A stretch of DNA of 64,000 bases from a bacterium (GTDB lineage: Archaea; Thermoproteota; Bathyarchaeia; 40CM-2-53-6): contig JAJPJY010000066.1 in NCBI GenBank assembly GCA_021323995.1, positions 10,458 through 74,457 on the forward strand, written 5' to 3'. Positions 1 through 9,764 of the stretch are shown one piece after another (position 1 is the stretch's first letter; each line of letters begins with the position of its first letter). Both the position numbers and the translations under genes were made by a program. The notes beneath the pieces were generated by a model. It was not told the origin of the DNA and made no database searches. It was given only the letters and a program-made list of their open reading frames with translations.

Positions 1-889
1 ACTCGCCTCGGACATCCTCGACAAGGTCGGATTGAAACAGCACGAGGTCCGGGTAAGCAATCGGAAACTCGCGGAAGGCTTCCTGCAAAGCATCGACATA
101 CGCACATCGGAAGAACTGGAGAGAATCCTCCGCATAATTGACAGCATCGCAAAGAAAGGCCGAGAAAAAGTCGAAGGAGAACTAACCAGAACGGGACTGT
201 CCAAGGCCAAAGTGGAACGAGTACTCGGATTCGCAGACATCTCAGGCAAACCTGACGATGTACTGTCGGAGCTGGAGAAAAAACTTCCAAAAAACGAGCT
301 CATCAGCAAGGGACAACAAGAACTGCGAGGAACAATCGACAACATCGACTCGCTAGGAAAAATGTCCAAGGTCCAGATCGACCTAGGAATTGTCCGGGGA
401 ATCAGCTACTACGACGGGACCGTGTTCGAAGCCTACGACCAGGCAGGCGAAGACGTGGGCGCGGTCTTCGGCGGAGGCCGATTCGACAAACTCTGCCGAA
501 TATACGGAAAACGGGACATGCCAGCAACAGGAGTAGCAGGAGGCTTCGAACGACTAATGCTCTCCCTGGAAAGAAAAGGACTCTTCCCAGACACAGACCA
601 GAACCTGCAAGTCCTGGTAGTAATGACAGGCGAAGAAGTCAGGAAAGAAACGATAGAGGTGCTAGGAAAGCTCCGAGAGGCCGGACTGAGAACCGACAGA
701 GACCTCAAGGAACGACCATTGAAGAAACAGATGGAGTATGCCTCATCCATCAAAGCCCGACTAGTCGTAATTGTAGGTCCGAGAGAGATCAAGGAAGGTA
801 AGTTCCGGCTCAGAGACATGAAAACAGGACAAGAAATAGACATCGAGAGAAGCAGGATAGTTGCTGAAGCAACGAAGATACTCTCTTAG
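1..889 (+). CDS. hisS: Histidine--tRNA ligase, C-terminal part (5' truncated by window edge)
   Basis: Motifs IVRGISYYDGTVFE, GGGRFD and GVAGGFERL, then an anticodon-binding domain (KKQMEYA...IVGPREI). Confidence 0.93.
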   Translation, partial: LASDILDKVGLKQHEVRVSNRKLAEGFLQSIDIRTSEELERILRIIDSIAKKGREKVEGELTRTGLSKAKVERVLGFADISGKPDDVLSELEKKLPKNELISKGQQELRGTIDNIDSLGKMSKVQIDLGIVRGISYYDGTVFEAYDQAGEDVGAVFGGGRFDKLCRIYGKRDMPATGVAGGFERLMLSLERKGLFPDTDQNLQVLVVMTGEEVRKETIEVLGKLREAGLRTDRDLKERPLKKQMEYASSIKARLVVIVGPREIKEGKFRLRDMKTGQEIDIERSRIVAEATKILS

Positions 890-890
890 G

Positions 891-1070
891 TCATAAGGTC
901 TTAAGTGAGCGATTTGTCTTCGTCTTGCCCTCTGAGCTGGTCTTAGGAGAAATCTCAGCGGATCGACTCACCCAAAGTTCATGACATCGCGAGCATCCTC
1001 GCAGTTCCATATCATTTTGGAAGAGCATGATGAGTTCGGCGGGTCAGTTGCACTTTGGACAGTTCATCAT
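891..1070 (-). pseudogene. Small Zn-ribbon protein with in-frame TGA
   Basis: Manual translation MMNCPKCN*PAELIMLFQNDMELRGCSRCHELW...; CxxC/CxxC pair intact, TGA at codon 9 (1044-1046). Confidence 0.55.
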
Positions 1071-1253
1071 GGGACTCCCAGAAAGCTTTGGGATAAGGCG
1101 AATAGTAGATTGAGTTAGAGAAACTCGAAATTTTCACGGGAGCAATTTCGACCTACTTTCACTCGTTGGCCGGTAAGTCTCTGGGACAAATGCTTCCCCA
1201 AACACGAGTGGGAAGGCACGACGCTATGATGCAATCGACCGAGAGGCTGAAAC

Positions 1254-1766
1254 ATGAAAAATTCGTTTTAGGACTCTCGGCATTTCGGTCTTGATGCTAT
1301 CTCTTGCCCAGACAGGCTATCTTGCGTCAGTCGCCGTGCGTGCATCTCCTCATCCATCTCCTCATCCATCTCCTCATCCATCTCCTCATCCACCACTTAC
1401 ATTAGTGTACCAAAATTCAACGTTCGGCGGACCTGTAGCAACTCTCGTCTGCTCGTCCACCAACGGCGGAGATGTTCAAGTCTTGTTACAGAACATGGCA
1501 ATCAGTTCAGGCCATAAAGATACATTTTGCCTCCATCTTCAGAGCAGCCTTCAACGTCTCCTCCGCACCTGATCCAATATACACGGTCGAGTTCTAGGTC
1601 AACGGATCGGCCTACGACTCTGTCTACTGACTCATCGATGACCTAGATTTTGTCAGGGCTGAGCCTAGCTACCTTAGCCAATATTTCCCTCTCGATCGAC
1701 CGGCCAACTCCTTCTTCGCTACCGAATTCCTTTGTCAGGTTCTTTGGCCCGCTTTGGATGCTTGAC
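1254..1766 (+). pseudogene. Degraded secreted protein
   Basis: ATG at 1254 is out of frame (A-run) with a signal-peptide-like KIRFRTLGISVLMLSLAQ; another apparent frameshift near 1525 and in-frame stops downstream. Confidence 0.45.
1345..1392 (+). repeat. Tandem repeat (TCTCCTCATCCA)x4 encoding (SPHP)4
   Basis: Four exact 12-bp copies read directly. Confidence 0.95.
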
Positions 1767-1924
1767 AAGGCGCACTAAGGCACCCTGTCGATACGAGGAG
1801 AGATTTCACTGGTGGAATGTGTCCTTGAGGGCATCCGAACTGACCGACTTGTGTCCCTTTGCCTGTCGATTCCCCATGGCACTGGGCTACGACTAGTCGA
1901 AATCCTGAGCTGTTGTTGTACTCA

Positions 1925-2617
1925 TTATTTCTCTCCTAAGACATAATCGTGCATCGGCCAGGGCCAGATTTTCTCCAACCGTCGGAGGATCCAGAGGAGC
2001 GAGCTTGGGCATCGTCGATAGAAAGTTACAGGTACGCGCATAACAGGGCCCCTTCTAACAATCCTGAATCCCGCTTTCACGAACAGTTCTTCAACCTCAG
2101 ATGTTCGGTAATAGTATTGCTCCGACGCTCCTATTCCGAAAAATAGTAGCAGTCGTCTCAGCGGATTGTCTGTCTCAAATGTAACGAGGCACTCGCCGCC
2201 AGGCTTTAGCGAGCCAAACATTCCCTGCAATGCCTCAGTGGGTTTCTGAAGAAAATGGAAGGTTCTGATGCATAGAACATGATCGAAATAGTTTCTGAAA
2301 CCTAAGTGAGATGCGTCCATCTGAACAAGAGAGATAGAATGATTCGTGTGTTCAGACGTTGTTCGTAGCATGTTCTGCGAAAGGTCTATGCCTGTGTACT
2401 TTGCTCCCCGCTGGGTAAGAGAAGTTGCGAATCGTCCCGTAGCGGTTCCCAACTCCAAGACTCTTGAGCCTTTGATTATGCTCGCGACGAACTCCTGCTC
2501 TCTCTTGTTGACATATTGTCCCCCCAGAGTTCCGAATCTAACTTTGTCATAATTGGTAGCATTCCTATCGTAGTCGGACTTGACAATAGCGGTCGCTCTG
2601 ATTTTCTTTGCAATCAA
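1925..2617 (-). CDS. Class I SAM-dependent methyltransferase
   Basis: VLELGTATG motif I, GIDLSQNML, LKPGG. Confidence 0.88.
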   Translation of the reverse strand: MIAKKIRATAIVKSDYDRNATNYDKVRFGTLGGQYVNKREQEFVASIIKGSRVLELGTATGRFATSLTQRGAKYTGIDLSQNMLRTTSEHTNHSISLVQMDASHLGFRNYFDHVLCIRTFHFLQKPTEALQGMFGSLKPGGECLVTFETDNPLRRLLLFFGIGASEQYYYRTSEVEELFVKAGFRIVRRGPVMRVPVTFYRRCPSSLLWILRRLEKIWPWPMHDYVLGEK

Positions 2618-3513
2618 GAGTCATGGGCCTCCTTCCCAGTGCTCTCACGCCCTCTCCCATTCAGCAAGAGGCCAATCATCAAGAAGGCACTTAACAAGAA
2701 TCCAAAGAGAATGACCGGTAGCAGATCAGACTCCCGAACATCACTTTTCTTCCATGCCGTAACTTCCCGGAGTGGATTCATCCGCTTGATTGAAATCAGG
2801 GGATTCTTTGAAGCATACCCTAGGTAGTTCGACGAGTAATACATGCTCCGATTCACTAGTCCCCTCAAATCGACGGGAGAACCCAGATGCCACTCTGTTG
2901 CTCCCGAATACGCCATCTTGAAATCATTCAGGAGAAATCTTCTATGAAAATCGAGATCTTCCCCAGCAAAGAGGTCCGTATCGAAGCCCCCGAGACGATC
3001 AAACGAATCTCTTCTAACGAATCTGGCAGCGACGTTCAGGGGGTCGTGTGAGAGAAGCTTTCTTCTCGATGCGACGAGGCGCGATATCATGGAATTCCTT
3101 ACGATGTCCTGATCATTTACCAGGACGGCGTCGGCATTATCGATCATCTTAACGCAGGTCGTGATTACATTAGAGCCGAGTACGTGGTCAGCATCTACGA
3201 AGTAGAGATACTTGCCCTTCGCGCATTTCGCTCCCAAGTTCTTGGCCACAGATCTCTCGCTACGATGGGAGATCACTAGTGCTCCCATACTCTTGGCGAT
3301 TTCTCTCGTCGAGTCAGTGCTGAAACAGTCTACAACGATGATCTCGATTGGCCTATATGATTGCGAGATTATTGATCTCAAGCACTCCGCAATCGTCCAT
3401 TCCGAGTCTCTTGAAGGGATAATTATTGACACGAGGGGCGGGTCATCGAAGTTGGAGACCCGGAATTCCTTGTCAGGAGCTAAACCATCTGCTCCCTGAG
3501 TTTCTTTGAGCAT
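2614..3513 (-). CDS. Glycosyltransferase family 2
   Basis: VSIIIPS, IIVVDCFSTDST, FVDAD, GGFD...GEDLDF. Confidence 0.92.
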   Translation of the reverse strand: MLKETQGADGLAPDKEFRVSNFDDPPLVSIIIPSRDSEWTIAECLRSIISQSYRPIEIIVVDCFSTDSTREIAKSMGALVISHRSERSVAKNLGAKCAKGKYLYFVDADHVLGSNVITTCVKMIDNADAVLVNDQDIVRNSMISRLVASRRKLLSHDPLNVAARFVRRDSFDRLGGFDTDLFAGEDLDFHRRFLLNDFKMAYSGATEWHLGSPVDLRGLVNRSMYYSSNYLGYASKNPLISIKRMNPLREVTAWKKSDVRESDLLPVILFGFLLSAFLMIGLLLNGRGRESTGKEAHDS

Positions 3514-4817
3514 TAAGATACACCGAGAATTCTGCCTACGCCGATAATCACAATCCAGAAGTATGCTTGAAGATAAAGTAACACAGTTAGAGGCACCACT
3601 TCTAATCTAAACGACTTGAGTTTTTTGGAAAAAGAGTAACCACAAAACATTAGGATCATTGTTGTAGTCATGACAGCGTAGAGAAAAACGGAACCAGGAA
3701 CGCTTTCAATGTATTCAAGAATGAATGCGGTGCTGCTTCCGATCAACATGTATGCGGTTCCCTGCAAAAGAGTGATTGTGAGAAATGTCGCGAACGTTCC
3801 AAACAGGTATGCAAAATACTGAAGCCCGATGCGTCCTGTGAGTGAACCATACAAGATCCCCATGGGAACGAGCCATAACAACCATTGAGGTTCTGAAGCA
3901 GAAAACAAGTTGAAAACTAATGCTGCTACAAGTGTCCACTTCACGAGAAGTAGTGACGGCAACCCTTTCGCTCTACTGGATTCGTAGGAAAATCCGATGC
4001 AAGTCAACGCCACCGCAACTGGGATCGTAGGCAGGATTCCACTGGGATTAATGTTGAACACCTCTCCTAGGAGGCCATAATGCGTTCCTCCAGTCCCGCT
4101 ACTCAACCCAATGAAACGATAAACTATCACTTGAAGAAAGGACTGAAAGCCTCCAAATAAAAGCACCGGGAATAGTATGGCAACCGTGATGCCTAGGCCG
4201 CCAAGAATTTCTAACGGAAGTTCGCCGCGAAAACGCCGATGGATAATCGATTCACAAATAACTAACACATAGGTAACAAACCCGAAGAGCTTCAGGAGCC
4301 CAGAGAGGACAAAAGTAAGACTCGAAGGGGTTCTGTTATTATGAGTCGCGAAGAAGTATAGTCCTAACAGTAGAGGAAAGAGCATCATAGAATCATACGT
4401 CCCCCACACCGACGACAGACAGATTGGAAGTGGATTCAAGAAGAAAAGTGTCGCGGGAATGAGTTTCCGAGTGTAGCTCAACAATACTAGGTAGATGCCC
4501 ACATCGCATAATATCGAAGGTAGTTTCAAGAACACGCCCTCGATCATCAACGTTGTATGGTAATAGTACTGAAAATCGGGCATTCCAGAGAGTCTCAGTA
4601 ATTGATAGGGAGCGTAGAACAGTAGCTGGATGTAATATACCGCTGGAAGTGTAGGAAAATATTTCAGGTCGACGGTGCCGGTTTGGAAGAACAGCCGCTG
4701 AGACGTTACGAAGAGTGCCATGTCGCCGGGATGGCCGGTCAACGGTGCGAGTCCAAGTCGTATTGCTAGTCCTGAGAGAAGGACCGAGCTAGCTGGCTTG
4801 GTTAGTTTCATGCGCAA
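3513..4817 (-). CDS. Multi-pass GT-C-type (GT87-like) membrane glycosyltransferase
   Basis: TGHPGD loop after first TM, LKLPSILCD, NPLPI...WGTYD, many TM helices; sits in a GT cluster; start may be ATG 4811. Confidence 0.65.
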   Translation of the reverse strand: MRMKLTKPASSVLLSGLAIRLGLAPLTGHPGDMALFVTSQRLFFQTGTVDLKYFPTLPAVYYIQLLFYAPYQLLRLSGMPDFQYYYHTTLMIEGVFLKLPSILCDVGIYLVLLSYTRKLIPATLFFLNPLPICLSSVWGTYDSMMLFPLLLGLYFFATHNNRTPSSLTFVLSGLLKLFGFVTYVLVICESIIHRRFRGELPLEILGGLGITVAILFPVLLFGGFQSFLQVIVYRFIGLSSGTGGTHYGLLGEVFNINPSGILPTIPVAVALTCIGFSYESSRAKGLPSLLLVKWTLVAALVFNLFSASEPQWLLWLVPMGILYGSLTGRIGLQYFAYLFGTFATFLTITLLQGTAYMLIGSSTAFILEYIESVPGSVFLYAVMTTTMILMFCGYSFSKKLKSFRLEVVPLTVLLYLQAYFWIVIIGVGRILGVS

Positions 4818-5943
4818 ACAACCTTGATACCAAGATCACTATGGCCACAGGGGTCACAAAGAGAAAAGTGAGATAGTAGGCGAGAATAATACCTGGATCA
4901 ATATTAGTTGGCGTAGAGATTAGGGGAGCTTGGCTTAGATATCGTACTGAGAAACCTCCCAGTTGGAATGATAGAAACGATCCTTTACTCGGAGATAGAA
5001 TAATCGAGAATGTGTTGTTGCCAGTCAGGAATGGAGGATAACTCCTTATGTTGCTCGCCGAAAAAGTTGCGATATTGTACGTTAGCGAGTTGGCTGAATA
5101 ATCGTACCCCTGCCCGATGACCGTTAGGCCATGCATGAAGTAAACGGTGTAGACAAGGTCCTGCGTTCCCTTGACGTAGTAATCTATGTATCCCTGAGCG
5201 AAGTTGCTGTCTGTGTAATCCAGATCGTTTGTAGCATTCAGGGTTAAGGCTATTCCATCCATGCTACGTAGAACCTGACTAGCGGAATCGAAGGCGTACT
5301 GATTTGGGGAGACGACGGCTATCCGGTACACATCTAGAGCGAACTGCCCTATTTGGCCAGCCGTGGCTTCAATGTAGAATTGTAGACTCGTTATGCTGGA
5401 CCCTGCGGCTGGGAAGATTCCGTTGACCTTGTATGCTTCTACAGCAGCGTTTACTGTGAAGTTCTCCTTGTGGCCGAGTCCGCTTCTATGTTGCAGGTAT
5501 GATGATTCAGACCAGGCCTGAAACGGGTTGCCGGAGCTATCCTGTCCTGCTATCCTGATCCCGTAGTGGATTCCTACGCTTGCTTCTAGAGAGATTAAGA
5601 GCACGGGATCTTGTGCTATGGAGAAATTCACTGATCGGAACAGGTTTACGGCTTGAGGGTATGATTCTGGCGCAATGCTGGCATTCAGATGCAGTTCTCC
5701 GTCTGATGATAGACGAGACGTTATGTTTGACTGAGAAGAACTAACGTGCCATTGAGAGGGATCATTAAGCGGGTCTTGCCAAATCGTATTGTTGAGTCTA
5801 ACGTAGTAGGAAGATTCGAGGCTGTTCAGGTTAGAAGCGTTTAGAATGGTTGTTTGATCGATCTTGCCTCTAAGAACTACGACCATGCTTGCCATTACAA
5901 CAATGGCTATGACAAGCAGAGCATACAGATTCCTAGATCTCAA
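4789..5943 (-). CDS. Membrane-anchored extracellular beta-rich glycoprotein
   Basis: N- and C-terminal TM segments; S/T/N-rich with several N-x-S/T sequons. Confidence 0.7.
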   Translation of the reverse strand: MRSRNLYALLVIAIVVMASMVVVLRGKIDQTTILNASNLNSLESSYYVRLNNTIWQDPLNDPSQWHVSSSQSNITSRLSSDGELHLNASIAPESYPQAVNLFRSVNFSIAQDPVLLISLEASVGIHYGIRIAGQDSSGNPFQAWSESSYLQHRSGLGHKENFTVNAAVEAYKVNGIFPAAGSSITSLQFYIEATAGQIGQFALDVYRIAVVSPNQYAFDSASQVLRSMDGIALTLNATNDLDYTDSNFAQGYIDYYVKGTQDLVYTVYFMHGLTVIGQGYDYSANSLTYNIATFSASNIRSYPPFLTGNNTFSIILSPSKGSFLSFQLGGFSVRYLSQAPLISTPTNIDPGIILAYYLTFLFVTPVAIVILVSRLFAHETNQAS

Positions 5944-5995
5944 AGCCTGGTCACATGGTGGAAATCCGCGAATAACTGGTTATACTCGGACTTCC

Positions 5996-7204
5996 TTATT
6001 TTTCAACCTCTTCCAGTAGCCTGGAAGTTGATCGTTCAAGCGTAAATTTCTTGACCATGTTCTCTCTGGCGCGCTTGCCCATGTCGTGTCTCAGCGTGCT
6101 ATCGTCTAGTAGCGCGTTCATCTTGGAGCCGATAAACCGGTGGTCTAGCGGGTCTACAATGTATCCTGTGACTCCGTCGACCACCACCTCAGGCGGACCG
6201 CCATGGTTTGTAACGATTGACGGCTTCGAGAACAACCCCGCCTCTACGGGCGTTAGTCCGAATGGCTCGTAAAGTGAGAGGTGTACGAGGAATTTGCATC
6301 CCCCGTACGCTTGGGCCAGGTCTTCTTCCCTGTTCATCATTCCTCTAAGCTCCATCGGAACGTCCAGCCTGGACGCCAAATCCTTCAGATTGCTCTTCTC
6401 CTGGCCGTCGCCAATTACCATAATCTTCGAGGATCGAACATGGGCTGCGGCGCGGATCATGCTCTCGACGTTCTTGAGAGGAATTAGTGACCCAACTACC
6501 AGCATGTAGTCCTCCTCTTGCGCCTGGCTCTTAGAAGCAAGTTGTTCTAGGAGCGGATCAGCGGCCGGATAGACGACACTAGGCGTCTCTCCTAGACGGT
6601 AGACGCGTTCTAGGAATTTGGAGAGGAAGAAACTATTCGCGATGATTCTCCCATATCCCCGCACAGTCTCAACGTCTACTACTTTGGCTACTCTGGCCGT
6701 GAGTCCATAGAATGGGTCTGAGAGCAGCATCTTCGCCATTAGGCCACCGTAATATTCGCCCCCAGTCCTCCTCACTGTCGGGCTTATTCGTCGATAGTCT
6801 ACTCCGGTGATTATTTCTTCCCATGCCAGTTCGAATACTGAGCCTGAGTACCAGACTATTCTATCGCCGAGAATTTTGGAGAGGTAGAAGGCTAGAACAG
6901 GCTCGATGTGGTGGTGGACGATAATTTTGTCATACTGTTTCAGCTCTTCCAGGAACTTGAATAACAGTCTCATTCGTTTAGGACGATTCACAATCGCTGT
7001 AGGAATATTCCTGATAGGCTCCTTCTCGAGCCTCTCCTTCCAGCCCTGAGACATTGTCCCAGTGTAGTAGAATGTGACATCCCGTCCGACCCTTCTCATC
7101 TCCACGTAGTGGCTAAGGGCCAGCCGCTCCGCTCCTCCGAATCTGCCGTACGACTGTTGGAGGATCGCTAACCGCATTGGGAAGAATGGAGTCTTCCGCT
7201 CCAT
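5996..7204 (-). CDS. Glycosyltransferase family 4 (GT-B)
   Basis: GGAER, SLYEPFGLTPVEAG, GGPPEVVVDGVTG. Confidence 0.92.
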   Translation of the reverse strand: MERKTPFFPMRLAILQQSYGRFGGAERLALSHYVEMRRVGRDVTFYYTGTMSQGWKERLEKEPIRNIPTAIVNRPKRMRLLFKFLEELKQYDKIIVHHHIEPVLAFYLSKILGDRIVWYSGSVFELAWEEIITGVDYRRISPTVRRTGGEYYGGLMAKMLLSDPFYGLTARVAKVVDVETVRGYGRIIANSFFLSKFLERVYRLGETPSVVYPAADPLLEQLASKSQAQEEDYMLVVGSLIPLKNVESMIRAAAHVRSSKIMVIGDGQEKSNLKDLASRLDVPMELRGMMNREEDLAQAYGGCKFLVHLSLYEPFGLTPVEAGLFSKPSIVTNHGGPPEVVVDGVTGYIVDPLDHRFIGSKMNALLDDSTLRHDMGKRARENMVKKFTLERSTSRLLEEVEK

Positions 7205-7273
7205 CCTTTATTATTGTCTACAGGCGGAACTTGGAGAATTCCGTGGACGACCAGAGTAGGCGTAGGATCGGTT

Positions 7274-8773
7274 CTAGATGAGAAGTATACCCTGCAACGC
7301 GTAGTTCGCAATCACGGTCATGAGCAGAGTCAGTACGAGCCCTGGCCACCGGATGCTCTTCGTTCCTACCACGGGAACAAGAATGACTGTTGCGAATGAC
7401 GTGAGAACCGGAATTGGTAAGTCATAGAGAATGCGTGCCTGGCTATAGCTGTCGAGTACGAGGAAGGGTATGGATGGCACAGCAACCCAAAGGAGCAGTA
7501 GCCGTTCGAACGGATCTCTGAACTTGAGAAGAAAGGCGGCCAATAGTCCCAGTCCCAAGATAAGCCAATCTGCCAGTAGTCCCCCGTGAGTGAAGAGCAA
7601 GGCCTCGACTAGGTTGTTCCAGAAACCTAGCAAAGATCCCAGCCCTGCGGGGCTCTTTGTCGCTATGTCTGCTGCCACGGTGCGGGTCGCGAAGACCCAG
7701 CTCTTCGCAACGTCAAGGATCACTCCGGTTGCGACGATTCCCATGATCGATATTACATGGATTGATTCCTGGGTTTCTCTCCAGAGGGTGATTGTATAGA
7801 CGAGCGCCACTGCGGCGACTAGGACCCATGTCCATGGGTGTGTAAGAAACAGGGCGATTGAGAGAAAGTACATCGCCATATAGCTGAAGGACCTAGGTGC
7901 TTTCGAGAAGATCAGTAGGCTTGTCATGAAGAGATAGACGAGGATCAAAGCGAGCCAGTTAGCATAGTAGCCACCCCACAACCCAACCGTTGAATAGAAC
8001 GAGAAAGAAGTGGATAGTCCGGTCAGCCCAGCAACGTTTGAACTGCCATGCCCGTACCGGACGAATACGTACGCTGAGAGTGTCAGCGCTGGAGCAAAGA
8101 TCATTGGCAGGTACTCGATAATTTGCGAGGGTGACGATCCTGCAGAGGCAAGGAGGTACAACGGGATCAACAGGAAGGGCCTGGACCCCTCCAGCCCCTC
8201 AACGAAAGAGTACTGTAATGCTTGCGGCAAAGGCCGGGCAAGCATCTGGCCAATCCAGCTGACATAGAGAGGGCTGTCGACTCCAACTAAGGCCCGCGTC
8301 GGATTTAGATCAGGCCGATACGGAATGAAGACAAGTAAGATGCTTACAACGAGGCTGACGACTATCATTAGCCTGGGACGAGACAGGGTCTTCAGGCTGT
8401 TGGCAGATTCGGACAGAGATGCATTCTTTACTGATGACACAGTGTTCTGAAAGGGTTCCGAGAGAAACCTTAGGAGCTTGTTGAACCTTGCGGACCGACG
8501 ACGTGTCTCTCGGGTCCCGAGCCTGACCACCCATGCATAAAGAACACCTGGTAGGAATGCTGTCGAGAGGGGAGCGAGGAAGGTGTAGATGCTCATGTTG
8601 AGGGCCGCGAACCCCATGTCCGGAATGTAAGGGAAGAACGCGAGAATTGATAGAACAATAACCTCGTATGCTAGGAGGCCGATGACGATTGTGGCGCCGA
8701 CGCTTTGACGAGCTGTCATCAACCGGCTCGATAAAACTGAGAATGGACCGTTTTTATGCTTCAACGCAACCAC
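7274..8773 (-). CDS. Multi-pass membrane protein, probably GT-C-like
   Basis: Many TM helices, GVDSPLY loop, HPWT; located in the glycosylation cluster. Confidence 0.6.
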   Translation of the reverse strand: MVALKHKNGPFSVLSSRLMTARQSVGATIVIGLLAYEVIVLSILAFFPYIPDMGFAALNMSIYTFLAPLSTAFLPGVLYAWVVRLGTRETRRRSARFNKLLRFLSEPFQNTVSSVKNASLSESANSLKTLSRPRLMIVVSLVVSILLVFIPYRPDLNPTRALVGVDSPLYVSWIGQMLARPLPQALQYSFVEGLEGSRPFLLIPLYLLASAGSSPSQIIEYLPMIFAPALTLSAYVFVRYGHGSSNVAGLTGLSTSFSFYSTVGLWGGYYANWLALILVYLFMTSLLIFSKAPRSFSYMAMYFLSIALFLTHPWTWVLVAAVALVYTITLWRETQESIHVISIMGIVATGVILDVAKSWVFATRTVAADIATKSPAGLGSLLGFWNNLVEALLFTHGGLLADWLILGLGLLAAFLLKFRDPFERLLLLWVAVPSIPFLVLDSYSQARILYDLPIPVLTSFATVILVPVVGTKSIRWPGLVLTLLMTVIANYALQGILLI

Positions 8774-8878
8774 ACCCTCAGCTAAGCGACCGATACTGGG
8801 ATATCCTCAATCTGCTAGAAATGCCGTAACGACCCTGCAAAGCCAAGTCTTAAATTATTAAAACACGCCGGAAGACGT

Positions 8879-9328
8879 TTGCCATTGTTGAGTCTTATCA
8901 GAAGACGTACTCCGCACCTTCTGATAGGCCTCTCTATATCTTTGATAATGATCGGGGCCTACACGCTCGTTGGCTTCGCCTCGCTCACAGCGCCGAAAGC
9001 GGTCTGGTCGGCCAACCCAGTCACCATCACTTTCTCGGGTAGCGCCGGCACCGGAAGCTCCGGCAGCATTGGAGAATTTGTCAAATGCGCTCCAAAAGTT
9101 GGCAATGTTGTCTTTCACACAACAACCAGCAACCCTACGAAGGTAAGCCTCGCTGTAAGTCAAGGGGGGGAAGCGACGTGCGGTCCAGCACCAGACCCTG
9201 TAACAATTACCGCTCATTGTGTAATGGCAGCGCCGAACTGTAAAGGCGCTTACTCTGGCGCAGTGTCAATCTTGCAGAGATACGATTCTTTACCACCCAG
9301 CTTAGCCGTCATGATAGTCGTAACTTAA
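8879..9328 (+). CDS. Small secreted/membrane-anchored protein
   Basis: N-terminal hydrophobic helix, beta-rich body with 4 Cys. Confidence 0.6.
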   Translation: MPLLSLIRRRTPHLLIGLSISLIMIGAYTLVGFASLTAPKAVWSANPVTITFSGSAGTGSSGSIGEFVKCAPKVGNVVFHTTTSNPTKVSLAVSQGGEATCGPAPDPVTITAHCVMAAPNCKGAYSGAVSILQRYDSLPPSLAVMIVVT

Positions 9329-9374
9329 CGACCTACTGCAGGGACGTGTTCTCTTTCCTGAGTGGGTAAGTCAC

Positions 9375-9695
9375 ATGGGCAAGATCGGGGTTATTGCTGA
9401 CAAGGAGACAAGCATCTACTTTAGACTGGGAGGGGTCAAGAACACTTGGACGGTCGACTCCGAGGAAGATGCTCGAAGAACGTTCGATGAGATTAAGGCT
9501 AAACAGTTGGTGTCGCTTGTGATCGTCACTGAGCCCGTTTTCGACTGGATAAAGGACAGGCTGGGAAAGAGCAAGAAGGAGATCGAGCTTCCCTTGGTGG
9601 TGTCGATTCCTACACGGAAGGGTGGGAAGCCGCAGGTCGACCTTTTAGCTGATCTTATCAAACGGACCGTCGGTGTAGAAATCAGGGTACAATAG
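9375..9695 (+). CDS. A/V-type ATP synthase subunit F family protein
   Basis: KIGVIADKET...FRLGGV...P.VVSIP...LIKRTVGVEI pattern. Confidence 0.85.
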   Translation: MGKIGVIADKETSIYFRLGGVKNTWTVDSEEDARRTFDEIKAKQLVSLVIVTEPVFDWIKDRLGKSKKEIELPLVVSIPTRKGGKPQVDLLADLIKRTVGVEIRVQ

Positions 9696-9764
9696 TCGCA
9701 ACGCGGGATACAAGGTCTTCAAATCACGCCGAAAACTCAAGTAAAAACAGGACGTGATGCTAGC

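Noticed and set aside
1044-1046. Selenocysteine codon
   Set aside because: The TGA is not at a Cys position of the CxxC motifs, no SECIS was recognised, and the neighbourhood is decayed
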